Origin: Crenalkalicoccus sp.
GTDB taxonomy: Bacteria > Pseudomonadota > Alphaproteobacteria > Acetobacterales > Acetobacteraceae
Direction of reading: 5' to 3'
Assembly: GCA_035640795.1 (NCBI GenBank)
Contig: DASQVL010000712.1
Location: 1-29,101 of the forward strand
DNA: 29,101 nt
The position numbers were made by a program, and so were the translations under genes. The notes below the pieces were generated by a model that was given only the letters and a program-made list of their open reading frames with translations, was not told the origin of the DNA and did not search any database. This document shows, piece after piece, positions 15,422 through 23,907 of the stretch (its first letter is position 1; every line of letters starts with the position of its first letter).

Positions 15422-16717
15422 ATGCCTGACCAAGACATCCTCGACGTGGCCATCATCGGCGGAGGCCCTGCCGGCTCCACCGCCGCCGCGCTCCTCGCCA
15501 AGGCGGGGCGCCGTGTCGTCGTCCTCGAGCGGGAGGCGCATCCCCGCTTCCACATCGGCGAGAGCCTGCTGCCGCGAAACCTCGACATCCTGGAGCGGCT
15601 CGGTGTCCTTGATGACGTGCGCAGGATCGGGGTGCACAAGCCAGGTGCGGAGTTCGTCTCCGACCGGACCGGGCGCAGTTGCCGCTTCCCCTTCGACCAG
15701 GCGCTCAACAAGGCGCAGACCTCCGCATTCCAGGTCAAGCGCTCCGATTTCGACGCGCTGCTCTTCGACAATGCGCGCCGGTCCGGGGCCAGGGCGCTCG
15801 AACGGACGCGGGTGACGGAGGTTCACCTCGACCAGCACGACCGCGGCGTATGGCTCCGCGCGCGCGGCGCGGACGGGGATTCCCTGGAGTTCAAGGCGCG
15901 ATACCTGCTGGACGCGTCGGGCCGCGACACCTTCCTCGCGGGCCGCATGCGGGTGAAGGAGTCGAACCGCTACAACAACACAGCCGCGGTCTACGGCCAT
16001 TTCGAGGGTGTCGAGCGGCGCCAGGGGAATCTCGACGGCTACATCAGCATCCACCTGGCCGAGGATGGCTGGTTCTGGATGATCCCGCTGCCGGGCGGCC
16101 TGATGAGCATCGGCTTCGTGGGCAACCAGTCGGCATGGAAGGGCCGCACCGGCACGCCGGAGGAGTTGTTCCAGGCGCGCATCGCCGGCAGCCCGAGCGT
16201 CGCCGAGCGCACGCAGCACGCAAGCCTCGTCTCGGAAGTCTACAGCACCGCGAATTACAGCTACCGCGCGCGGCAGGGTCATGGACCCAATTTCCTGATG
16301 ATCGGCGACGCCTACGGCTTCGTGGATCCCATGTTTTCCACCGGTGTGCTGATGGCCATGACCGCGGGCGAACTTGGGGCGGAGGCGGCGGATGTCTGGC
16401 TCGACGACCCGGCCCGCGGCACGCGCCTCGCGGCGCGCGCCAATCGTGAGCTGGCGCGCGCGATGGATCGCATCGGCTGGCTTATCTATCGGATCAACGA
16501 TCCCATCATGCGGTCGCTCTTCATGGCGCCGAGCAATGCCTTCTGGATGAGGGACGGAATCATCAACATGCTCGCTGGAAACTTGCGCGGAGATCCACGC
16601 GGTGTGCTGCCGATTCTTTCGTTCAAGGCCGTCTTTCATACTTTGTCAGCCCTGCATCGCTGGGGCTTGGGCCCGCAGGTCGCGGAACAGCCTGCTGAGA
16701 TCCTCTTGAGATCCTGA
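15422..16717 (+). CDS. Flavin-dependent halogenase (XanJ-like), 431 aa
   Basis: IIGGGPAG FAD motif, HPRFHIGESL, conserved Lys in VHKPGAEF, WFWMIP (WxWxIP), IGDAYGFVDPMFSTGV. Confidence 0.85.
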   Translation: MPDQDILDVAIIGGGPAGSTAAALLAKAGRRVVVLEREAHPRFHIGESLLPRNLDILERLGVLDDVRRIGVHKPGAEFVSDRTGRSCRFPFDQALNKAQTSAFQVKRSDFDALLFDNARRSGARALERTRVTEVHLDQHDRGVWLRARGADGDSLEFKARYLLDASGRDTFLAGRMRVKESNRYNNTAAVYGHFEGVERRQGNLDGYISIHLAEDGWFWMIPLPGGLMSIGFVGNQSAWKGRTGTPEELFQARIAGSPSVAERTQHASLVSEVYSTANYSYRARQGHGPNFLMIGDAYGFVDPMFSTGVLMAMTAGELGAEAADVWLDDPARGTRLAARANRELARAMDRIGWLIYRINDPIMRSLFMAPSNAFWMRDGIINMLAGNLRGDPRGVLPILSFKAVFHTLSALHRWGLGPQVAEQPAEILLRS

Positions 16718-16746
16718 GAGGCGGTTTCTAGAATTCGCGTGCAAGC

Positions 16747-16809
16747 CGTCAGGCTGCGCCAGGGCGTGCCTTCGCGCAGGAAGCGGCGCAGCGTCGCCAC
16801 GGCCAGAAC
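16747..16809 (-). mobile_element. Short scar of an IS5-family transposase N-terminal region
   Basis: VLAVATLRRFLREGTPWRSLT matches the ...LR.G.PWR.L motif of IS5-type transposases; no start and no continuation. Confidence 0.5.
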
Positions 16810-16932
16810 GTCGACCCACTTCCGATATCTCGAGCGTCTCCTCGGGGCTGTAGTTCAGGCATTATGTTTATTCCAGACCCTTCGACTGATCTGCAACCAA
16901 GCCAACGCCGTGCGCCGCCCGCTCAGCTCCCT

Positions 16933-17637
16933 TCAATCGTCCAGGAATTTTGCGAATGCTTCGACCGGCTCGCGCGGGGATTGTAGCTGGTTTGCAGGCG
17001 CCTCCGGATCCACCCTTCCCAGAGCCATTCCACACACTATCATTTCCTGGTCGGGCACATTCAGCAATCTCCGAATAATCACATGATAGCTCTTGAACGC
17101 GGCCTGCGGACAGGTGTCAAGCCCGCGGCCCCGGGCCGAGATCATGATGTTCTGCATGAACATGCCAAGATCAAGCCAGCTGCCGTAACCCAACGTCCGA
17201 TCCAATGTGAAGATCATGCCGACCGGAGCACCGAAGAAGTCGTAGTTCCTGCGGTGCTGTCGTGCCGTCGCCTCTCGATCGCCTTTGACGATGCCGAGAA
17301 GCCCGTACAGCGCCCAGCCGATCTGTCGGCGCCGGTCGATATAGGGCGAGCGCCATTCCCGCGGGTAGTAGGCATATTCGGCCTCCGGCTCCTCGCCGCG
17401 GGCGTGGGATGCGGATATCTCGGCCGACAGCCGGTCGCGCGCCGCGCCTGTCACCACATACACCCGCCAGGGCTGGGTGTTGGTCATGCTCGGGGCACGG
17501 CTGGCCACCGCTAGGATCTCCCGTATGGTCGTGGCCGAAACCGGATCGGGCAGGAAACCGCGGACGCTGCGGCGCGAAGTGATGACCGAGTTGACCAGCT
17601 GCGCGGCGCTCGGCTCCGCCTCCGGGAACGGCCTCAC
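16933..17637 (-). CDS. Nitroreductase-family flavoprotein, about 234 aa
   Basis: SRRSVRGF, RAPSMTNTQPW, FFGAP, DLGMFMQNIM, TCPQAA; GTG start 8 nt after GGAG, beside the MaoC stop. Confidence 0.9.
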   Translation of the reverse strand: MRPFPEAEPSAAQLVNSVITSRRSVRGFLPDPVSATTIREILAVASRAPSMTNTQPWRVYVVTGAARDRLSAEISASHARGEEPEAEYAYYPREWRSPYIDRRRQIGWALYGLLGIVKGDREATARQHRRNYDFFGAPVGMIFTLDRTLGYGSWLDLGMFMQNIMISARGRGLDTCPQAAFKSYHVIIRRLLNVPDQEMIVCGMALGRVDPEAPANQLQSPREPVEAFAKFLDD

Positions 17638-17639
17638 CG

Positions 17640-18158
17640 CTAATACTCCGCCATGTCGTCCACGGCATGTCCTCGCTTCGGCACCAGCATCGTGCGCTCG
17701 AAGGTCATGAAGACGGTGCCGTCGGCCTTTTTCCCCGTGGTCCTGACGGTGACGATCCCCTGGGTCGGGCGTTTCGCCGACTCGCGCTTGGAGAGAACCT
17801 CCGACTCGGCATAGAGCGTATCGCCAATGAAGACCGGCGCGGTCAGGCGGATGTCGTTCCAGCCGAGGTTGCCGATGGCCTTCTGGCTGAGATCGCTGAC
17901 GCTCATACCCACGACGACCGACAAGGTGAGGCAACTATTCACCAGCGGCCGCTTGAACTCGGACTTGGCCGCGAAGGCGAAGTCAAAGTGCAGCGGATGA
18001 GTGTTCATCGTCAGCAAGGTGAACCAGGTATTGTCCGTCTCCGATATCGTCCGGCCGGGCCGATGTTCGTAGATGTCGCCTGGCTCGAAGTCCTCATAAT
18101 AGCGACCGAAGCTTTCACGCCAACGCTGTGGCCCGATCTGCTTCGCTATCCCGACCAT
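17640..18158 (-). CDS. MaoC-family (R)-specific enoyl-CoA hydratase, itaconyl-/mesaconyl-CoA hydratase-like, 172 aa
   Basis: GRYYEDFEPGDIYEHRPGRTI..TDN.WF.LLTMNTHPLHFD, NLGW..IRL..PVF.GDTLYAESEV, SKRES..RPTQGIV. Confidence 0.9.
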   Translation of the reverse strand: MVGIAKQIGPQRWRESFGRYYEDFEPGDIYEHRPGRTISETDNTWFTLLTMNTHPLHFDFAFAAKSEFKRPLVNSCLTLSVVVGMSVSDLSQKAIGNLGWNDIRLTAPVFIGDTLYAESEVLSKRESAKRPTQGIVTVRTTGKKADGTVFMTFERTMLVPKRGHAVDDMAEY

Positions 18159-19327
18159 GATCCCTCTCCTGATGCTGGATTTTGCCTCGTCTCGCCGCGG
18201 CGGTCTGTGCCTGTCGCAAGGGCGGTCCGCAGTTCGTCCGTATGCTCGCCAAGCAACGGCTCCCGCAGGCGAGGCTGCGGCGGCTCCTCGCGGAAGCGTA
18301 TGGCCGGGGCGATATGGCGGCGACCGGTCTCGTCCGTCAGGACCATCCCGCGCGCCAGCAGGTTCGGATCCCTGAAGGCTTCGGGCAAGGTGCTTACCGG
18401 AGCAAAGCACACATCCAGACTACCGAGCCAATCCAGCCAGTCCTGCAGGTCCCGTTGGCGAAAAGTCTCCTGCAGGAAGTCCACCACCGGCTGCTGGTGC
18501 GCGCCAGGTCCGCGGGTGCAGAGTGCCTCAAGGTCCGGCCGATCGAGTGCTCGCAGGAGGGTGTGCACGAACTTCTCCTCCTGCCCTGCAAGAACGAGCT
18601 GTCGGCCATCCCGCGTATCATAGATGCGATAGAAGGCGGATCCGCCGGTGGTCCGTTCCTCCTTGACGATGGGCTGGCGGTCCTCCGCGAAGGTCGGGCC
18701 CACGACATTGGCGCAGGCCGCAACCAGCGCGTCATGCATGGCAAGGTCGAGATAATCGCCGCGGCCCGTGCTGGTGCGCCGGAGCAGCGCCATCAGCACG
18801 CCGGAAAGGCCTTGCAGGGCGCTGATGATGTCGGCGGCCGGGATGCCGGGGATGGCCGGCCTTCCGTCGTCGCCGAGGGTCAGGCCGAGTACGCCGCTCA
18901 CCGCCTCCAGCGCCAGGTCGTGCGCCGGCCGGTTGCGGTAGGGGCCGTGCTGGCCGAAGGCGCTGATGGAGGCATAGACCAAGCCCGGATTGCGGGCGCT
19001 GACCTGCTCATAGCCGACGCCGAGCCGTGCCGCGACGCCGGGGCGGAAGGATTCGACGATGACATCAGCAGTGTCGCAGAGGCGGAGCAGCGCTTCCCTG
19101 TCCGCATCCTGCTTCAGGTCGAGGACGAGGCTCTTCTTGCCGCGATTGGTGTTGCGGAAGAAGACGCTGGTCCGTCCGTCCGGCGGCCCGATGCGCCGGC
19201 CCGGATCGCCTTCGCCTGGCGGCTCGACCTTGATCACCTCGGCACCATGGTCGGCCAGCGCCATGGTCAGGTAGGGCCCCGGCAGGAACCAGGAGAGATC
19301 GATGACGCGGAGGCCAGCGAGCTTCAT
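18146..19327 (-). CDS. Class III CoA-transferase (CaiB/BaiF) family, racemase-like AHD variant, 393 aa
   Basis: LRVIDLSWFLPGP, NRGKKS..LDLK, ESFRPGVAARLG, SISAFGQ.GP, AHD, AAD conserved Asp; ATGA overlap. Confidence 0.9.
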   Translation of the reverse strand: MKLAGLRVIDLSWFLPGPYLTMALADHGAEVIKVEPPGEGDPGRRIGPPDGRTSVFFRNTNRGKKSLVLDLKQDADREALLRLCDTADVIVESFRPGVAARLGVGYEQVSARNPGLVYASISAFGQHGPYRNRPAHDLALEAVSGVLGLTLGDDGRPAIPGIPAADIISALQGLSGVLMALLRRTSTGRGDYLDLAMHDALVAACANVVGPTFAEDRQPIVKEERTTGGSAFYRIYDTRDGRQLVLAGQEEKFVHTLLRALDRPDLEALCTRGPGAHQQPVVDFLQETFRQRDLQDWLDWLGSLDVCFAPVSTLPEAFRDPNLLARGMVLTDETGRRHIAPAIRFREEPPQPRLREPLLGEHTDELRTALATGTDRRGETRQNPASGEGSWSG

Positions 19328-20493
19328 GCCGCGCTGCCGGCCGGCGTGGCCGGCTCCTCCTGCTGCAGCAGCGCAGCATTGTCGGCGCCGAGCGGTGCGC
19401 AGGCCGATTGCTCGGGGCGCACACCGTTGAACTTCAGTGGGTTCGCCAGCACCTTCATCTCCGGTTTCGCCGGATGCGGGACGCTGCGCACCAGGCCGTT
19501 CGCGCGGACGAAGCTGCTGTCGAGCGCCTCCGGCAGGTCGTAGACCGGGGCGACCGGCAGCTGTCCCCCCAGGACCTTCAGCCAGTGTCCGGTGGGCGCC
19601 TTGCGCAGCTCGGCATCGAGCACTGCTGTCAGCGCCTCGCGATTGTCGTGGCGCGCCGCGAAGCTGGCGAAGCGCGGATCCTCCGGCAGGTCCGGCCGCC
19701 CGATCCCGTCGCAGAAGGCGCGCCAGAACTTCTCCGTCATGCACATGACGAAGATCCATCCGTCCGCGGTCGGGAAGGTTTGCACCGGCACGAGCGACAG
19801 ATGGGAGCTGCGGGAGAGGCGGCGCGAAGCGTCTCCCTCGTTCAGGTACCACATGGCGGGGTAAGAGAGCTGGTGCATGGCCACATCGAACAGGCAAGTG
19901 TCCACGTCACAGCCGATGCCGGTCTGCCTGGCCCGCAGCACAGCGCTCAGCAGGCCGATCATGCCGGTCATGCCAGTCATAGTATCGACCAGGGAGGCGC
20001 CGACCCGCGCCGGCGGCCCGTCCGGCTCGCCGGTCAGGCTCATCAGGCCGACCTCGGCCTGCATCAGGTAGTCATAGCCTGGCCAGGCGGCGCGCTCATT
20101 GTCGCGGCCATAGGCGGAGATGTGCAGGCAGACCACGGCGGGATTCACCCGCTTCAGCGCCGGGTAGTCGAGTCCGAGCCGGCCGGGAAGGTTGCCGCGC
20201 AGGTTGTTCACCACGGCGTCGGCCGTGCGCACCAGCGCCTCGAGCTGCCGGCGCCCTTCGGACGATTTGATGTCGAGCGTGACGCTCCGCTTGCCAAGAT
20301 TCCAGGCCTGGAAATACTGGCTGTCGGCAGGGCCCAGCATATGCGGCCCGACATGCCGCGCGGGATCGCCGCCCGTCTCGGCATTCTCGATCTTGATCAC
20401 CTCCGCGCCGAGCTCGGCGAGGAGCATAGTGCCATAGGGCGCCGCACCGAATTGCTCGATGCTGACGACCCGCATGCCCTGAAGCGGCTTCAC
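19324..20493 (-). CDS. Class III CoA-transferase (CaiB/BaiF), 389 aa
   Basis: GMRVVSIEQFGAAPYG, NLGKRSVTLD, SAYG, PGYD, LVD conserved Asp; GTG start overlapping the ACAD stop. Confidence 0.92.
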   Translation of the reverse strand: MKPLQGMRVVSIEQFGAAPYGTMLLAELGAEVIKIENAETGGDPARHVGPHMLGPADSQYFQAWNLGKRSVTLDIKSSEGRRQLEALVRTADAVVNNLRGNLPGRLGLDYPALKRVNPAVVCLHISAYGRDNERAAWPGYDYLMQAEVGLMSLTGEPDGPPARVGASLVDTMTGMTGMIGLLSAVLRARQTGIGCDVDTCLFDVAMHQLSYPAMWYLNEGDASRRLSRSSHLSLVPVQTFPTADGWIFVMCMTEKFWRAFCDGIGRPDLPEDPRFASFAARHDNREALTAVLDAELRKAPTGHWLKVLGGQLPVAPVYDLPEALDSSFVRANGLVRSVPHPAKPEMKVLANPLKFNGVRPEQSACAPLGADNAALLQQEEPATPAGSAA

Positions 20494-21665
20494 GACACGG
20501 GATTCCGCTTGATGAGCTGGCGGGCGATGATGATGCGCTGCATCTCGTTGGTCCCCTCCCCGATGCAGGTGAGTGGCGCGTCGCGGTAGAGCCGCTCGAT
20601 GTCGAATTCCTTGGAATAGCCATAGGCGCCGTGGATGCGCATCGACTCGATGCTGTTCTCCAGCGCGGCCTCGGAGGCGAAGTATTTCGCCATCCCGGCC
20701 TCCATGTCGCAGCGCTCCCCGCGGTCGAAGGCGGTGGCGGCGTCGAGCGTCAGCAGCCGGGCGGCGCGGGCCCGGGTCGCCATTTCGCCGAGCTTCAACT
20801 GGATCGCCTGGTGCTCACAGATGGGCTTGCCGAAGGTCCTGCGGATCTGGGCGTATTCGGTGGCGAGCCGCAGCGCGCCCTCGGCGATGCCGACGCCGCG
20901 CGAGGCGACGTTGATGCGGCCCAGCTCGAGCCCGCCGGTCGCCTGGTAGAAGCCCTGGCCCTCGACGCCACCGATCAGGTGGTCCGCCGGGATGCGGTAA
21001 TCCTCGAAGATCAGCTCGCCGCTGTCGATCGACTTGTAGCCGAGCTTCTCCAACTTGCGGCCGACCCGGAAGCCCGCCTGCTTGGGGGCGATGAACAGGC
21101 TCATACCCTTGTGGCGCTGTGCGGCATGTGGGTCGGTCTTGACCAGCAGGGCCACGCAATTGCCCTCGATGCCGTTGGAGATCCAGGTCTTCACGCCGTT
21201 GATGACGTAGTGGTCGCCATCGCGCCGGGCCGTCATGCGAATGGCCTGCAGGTCGGTGCCCGCATCCGGTTCGGTCAGCGCCAGGCCGCCACGGACCTCG
21301 CCGGTCGCCAGGCGCGGCAGCCAGGCCTGCTTCTGCGCCTCGGTGCCGAATTTCTCGATCGCCAGCGCCAGCATCAGATGCGAGTTGAAGATGCCGGTGA
21401 TCGACATCCAGACCGCGGAGATCCGCATGACGATCTCGGCATAGATGCGCGCCGGCAGGCCGAGGCCGCCATACTCCTGCCCAATCGTCGCGCCGAACAG
21501 GCCGAGCTCCTTCATCTGCTCGACGATTGGCGTCGGGTAGCGGTCGGCGTGGTCGTATTCCTTGACGACCGGCTTCACTTCCCGCTCGATCCAGCGATCG
21601 ATCGCCTGGATGAGCTGCGCCGCGTCGTCATCATTCCACTCTTGGTGCTTAGTGACCAGGTTCAT
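20490..21665 (-). CDS. Acyl-CoA dehydrogenase, 391 aa
   Basis: GLALTEPDAGTD, INGVKTWISNG, KLGYK, GRINVA, FGKPI..HQAIQ, QS.RIHGAYGY-type motif, IGEGTNEMQR; RBS AAGGAGG. Confidence 0.95.
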   Translation of the reverse strand: MNLVTKHQEWNDDDAAQLIQAIDRWIEREVKPVVKEYDHADRYPTPIVEQMKELGLFGATIGQEYGGLGLPARIYAEIVMRISAVWMSITGIFNSHLMLALAIEKFGTEAQKQAWLPRLATGEVRGGLALTEPDAGTDLQAIRMTARRDGDHYVINGVKTWISNGIEGNCVALLVKTDPHAAQRHKGMSLFIAPKQAGFRVGRKLEKLGYKSIDSGELIFEDYRIPADHLIGGVEGQGFYQATGGLELGRINVASRGVGIAEGALRLATEYAQIRRTFGKPICEHQAIQLKLGEMATRARAARLLTLDAATAFDRGERCDMEAGMAKYFASEAALENSIESMRIHGAYGYSKEFDIERLYRDAPLTCIGEGTNEMQRIIIARQLIKRNPVS

Positions 21666-21713
21666 CGCGGCAGGCCCCTCCTTCGCTCTGGCCGTTGCTA
21701 TCGCATGGCGGTG

Positions 21714-21725
21714 TTGTACGGACAA
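21714..21725. promoter_or_regulatory. Putative HutC/GntR operator 1
   Basis: TTGTACGGACAA, quasi-palindromic, 49 bp upstream of the ACAD start. Confidence 0.65.
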
Positions 21726-21815
21726 GGCATATTTGAGCGGACATGTTGCCGCGATGCGAGCTGCTCTCCTCAATGATGCTTGACATCGGCCCGAGAACCA
21801 ATCAAACGGAGCCGC

Positions 21816-21829
21816 CTTGTACTGACAAG
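21816..21829. promoter_or_regulatory. Putative HutC/GntR operator 2
   Basis: CTTGTACTGACAAG, just upstream of the gntR start. Confidence 0.65.
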
Positions 21830-21856
21830 TCCGGAACGGCATGGCGCCGTGGAGTG

Positions 21857-22633
21857 ATGCCGCGGATGGGCGAGCGCAGCGCAGGCAGGGAGCGGGCGAT
21901 CGGCAGCGACACGCCGCCCCTGTATCGGACGGTTATCGACGCGCTGCGGCAGGAGATCCTGGCCGGGACCTATGCCGTCGGCGACAGGCTGCCGACCGAG
22001 GACGCCCTCTGCCGCCGCTTCGGGTGCAGCCGGCACACCATCCGCGAGGCGTTGCGGCAGCTCCGGGAGGAGGGGCTGGTGGCCTCGCGCCAAGGCGCCG
22101 GCACGACGGTCCTTCGCCGCGGCGCCGCCCCGCCGCTCTACACCTCCTCGGTCTCCTCCGTGGAGGAATTGCTGCAATACGCGACGGAGGCTCGCTACGA
22201 GGTCGACAAGAGCGGGCTCGTCGTGACGGACGCCGCGCTGGCCGAGCGGATCGGCTGCCGGGTCGGCCAACGCTGGCTCCGCGTCGAGGGCTTCCGGACC
22301 GTCGCCGGGCAGGACGCGCCGATCTGCTGGACCGAGGTGTTCGTTCTCTCGGATTATGCAGGCATTGCGCTGATGATCGGTCGCAAGCCGGGCACCATCT
22401 ATTCCTGGATCGAGGAGATGTATGGGGTGCGCATCGGTGAGGTGCAGCAGGTCCTGCGCGCAGAGCCGATGCCCGAGGCCCTGGCCGCCGAGCTCGGCTG
22501 CCCGCTCGGCAGCATGGCGATCAGCATCCGCCGCTCCTATCGCCTGGTTGGCGGCGAGCTGGTGGAGGTCGCCTTCAACCTCCATCCGGCCGACCGCTTC
22601 ACCTACGAGGTGACGCTCCGGCGGCAAGGCTGA
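21857..22633 (+). CDS. GntR-family regulator, HutC subfamily (wHTH plus UTRA), about 258 aa
   Basis: LY..V...LRQEILAG.Y..GDRLPTE..LC.RFG.SR.TIREAL..L..EG....QG.GT; C-terminal UTRA-like domain; alternative ATG at 21866. Confidence 0.93.
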   Translation: MPRMGERSAGRERAIGSDTPPLYRTVIDALRQEILAGTYAVGDRLPTEDALCRRFGCSRHTIREALRQLREEGLVASRQGAGTTVLRRGAAPPLYTSSVSSVEELLQYATEARYEVDKSGLVVTDAALAERIGCRVGQRWLRVEGFRTVAGQDAPICWTEVFVLSDYAGIALMIGRKPGTIYSWIEEMYGVRIGEVQQVLRAEPMPEALAAELGCPLGSMAISIRRSYRLVGGELVEVAFNLHPADRFTYEVTLRRQG

Positions 22634-22640
22634 GCGCCGC

Positions 22641-23681
22641 CTACTGCACCTCGATCTTCGCGTCCCGCACCACACGCCGCCATCGGGTCAGCTCCGCCTC
22701 GATCAATTCCCGGAACCGTGCGGCCGGCTCAGGTGGTGCGACCTCGACGTTCTGAGCGGCGAAGCGTTCAGCGATGGCAGGCTCGGCGAGCAGCTTGCCG
22801 AGTTCCCGGTTCCAGTACTCCACAACCTCCGGCGGCGTTGCCGCGGCGCCGAGCAGGCCGGTCCAGGCGCGAACCTCCATGCCGACGATCTCCGGCACGC
22901 CGAGTTCCGAGATGGCTGGGATCTCCGGCGCCAAGGACGACCGGCGCTGCTGCATCACTGCGAGGGCACGCACCTGGCCGCCGCGGACCTGGGGCAGGGA
23001 GGTGCTCATGGCATCGATCATCAGGGCGACGCGGCCGCTGGCGACATCCATCAGGGCGGCGCCGCTGCCGCGATAGGGCACGGTCTCCATCCGCGTGCCG
23101 GTCTGCAACATGAACTGCTCGGATGCGAGATGCGTCACCGTGCCCGTACCAGGGGTGGCCATGGCATAGCGCCCTGCCGGTGCCGCGCGGAGCACCTGCA
23201 CGACATCGGCGAGGGTCTTTGCCGGGAAGTCAGGGCTGCATACCAGCAAGTAGCCGGTCCAGCCCATCAGCAGGATCGGCGCGAGGTCGCGCAAGGGATC
23301 GTAGCCGGGGTTGGCGGTGAGCACCGGGTTCACCGCGATGGGTGACACGGAGCTCAGCAGCAGCGTGTAGCCATCAGGTGGCGCCTGCATCACGGCGCGG
23401 ATGGCGATGCCGCCGCTGGCGCCGGCCCGGTTGTCAACAACCCAGGTGTGGCCCAGGCGTCGCTGGATCTCCTCGGCCGCCAGCCGCGCCGTGAGATCGG
23501 CCAGGTTGCCTGGCGGAAAGGGAATGATGAGGCGCACCGGCCGCGCTGGATAGTCCTGCGCCGAGGTCCGGCCGGCGAGGCCGGCAGCGGTGAGCATCCC
23601 GGCAACGACACGCCGTCGTCCGGCCGTCGGGGCCGCTGCATGGCGGGGCGGCGGGCCCTCAGTCTGGGGTTCCCTGCGCAC
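22641..23681 (-). CDS. Bug/TctC tripartite tricarboxylate transporter substrate-binding protein, about 346 aa
   Basis: YPARPVRLIIPFPPG..D..AR, VVDNRAGASG, PPDGYTLL, VPYRGSG.A..D; GTG start after GGGAGGAG RBS. Confidence 0.93.
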   Translation of the reverse strand: MRREPQTEGPPPRHAAAPTAGRRRVVAGMLTAAGLAGRTSAQDYPARPVRLIIPFPPGNLADLTARLAAEEIQRRLGHTWVVDNRAGASGGIAIRAVMQAPPDGYTLLLSSVSPIAVNPVLTANPGYDPLRDLAPILLMGWTGYLLVCSPDFPAKTLADVVQVLRAAPAGRYAMATPGTGTVTHLASEQFMLQTGTRMETVPYRGSGAALMDVASGRVALMIDAMSTSLPQVRGGQVRALAVMQQRRSSLAPEIPAISELGVPEIVGMEVRAWTGLLGAAATPPEVVEYWNRELGKLLAEPAIAERFAAQNVEVAPPEPAARFRELIEAELTRWRRVVRDAKIEVQ

Positions 23682-23731
23682 TTGCTCCTCCCTTCTCGGC
23701 GTTCCGGCGGCGCATTCAGAGCGCAACCTAT

Positions 23732-23743
23732 TTGTACGATCAA
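23732..23743. promoter_or_regulatory. Weaker putative HutC/GntR operator 4
   Basis: TTGTACGATCAA, 10/12 identical to operator 1, 51 bp upstream of the Bug start. Confidence 0.4.
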
Positions 23744-23883
23744 GTTGGAATTGACCGGGATCAGTCGCATGCCGCATCTCGCCCGACGCGAGACGCCGGA
23801 TGCGGCTTCCGGCCGCAAAAGCCCCGCCGACCGCTCGCCTGCTTCGACCGAAATCTTGACGAGGGTTTGGCGCTTAATCCAGT

Positions 23884-23895
23884 GTGTCCGGACAA
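23884..23895. promoter_or_regulatory. Putative HutC/GntR operator 3
   Basis: GTGTCCGGACAA with perfect TGTCCGGACA palindrome, 12 bp before ATG 23908. Confidence 0.6.
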
Positions 23896-23907
23896 ATAGG
23901 TGAGGCG

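Noticed and set aside
21780-21808. Perfect TTGACA as a sigma70 -35 for gntR
   Set aside because: No convincing -10 at 16-18 bp spacing, so a promoter cannot be supported from sequence alone.
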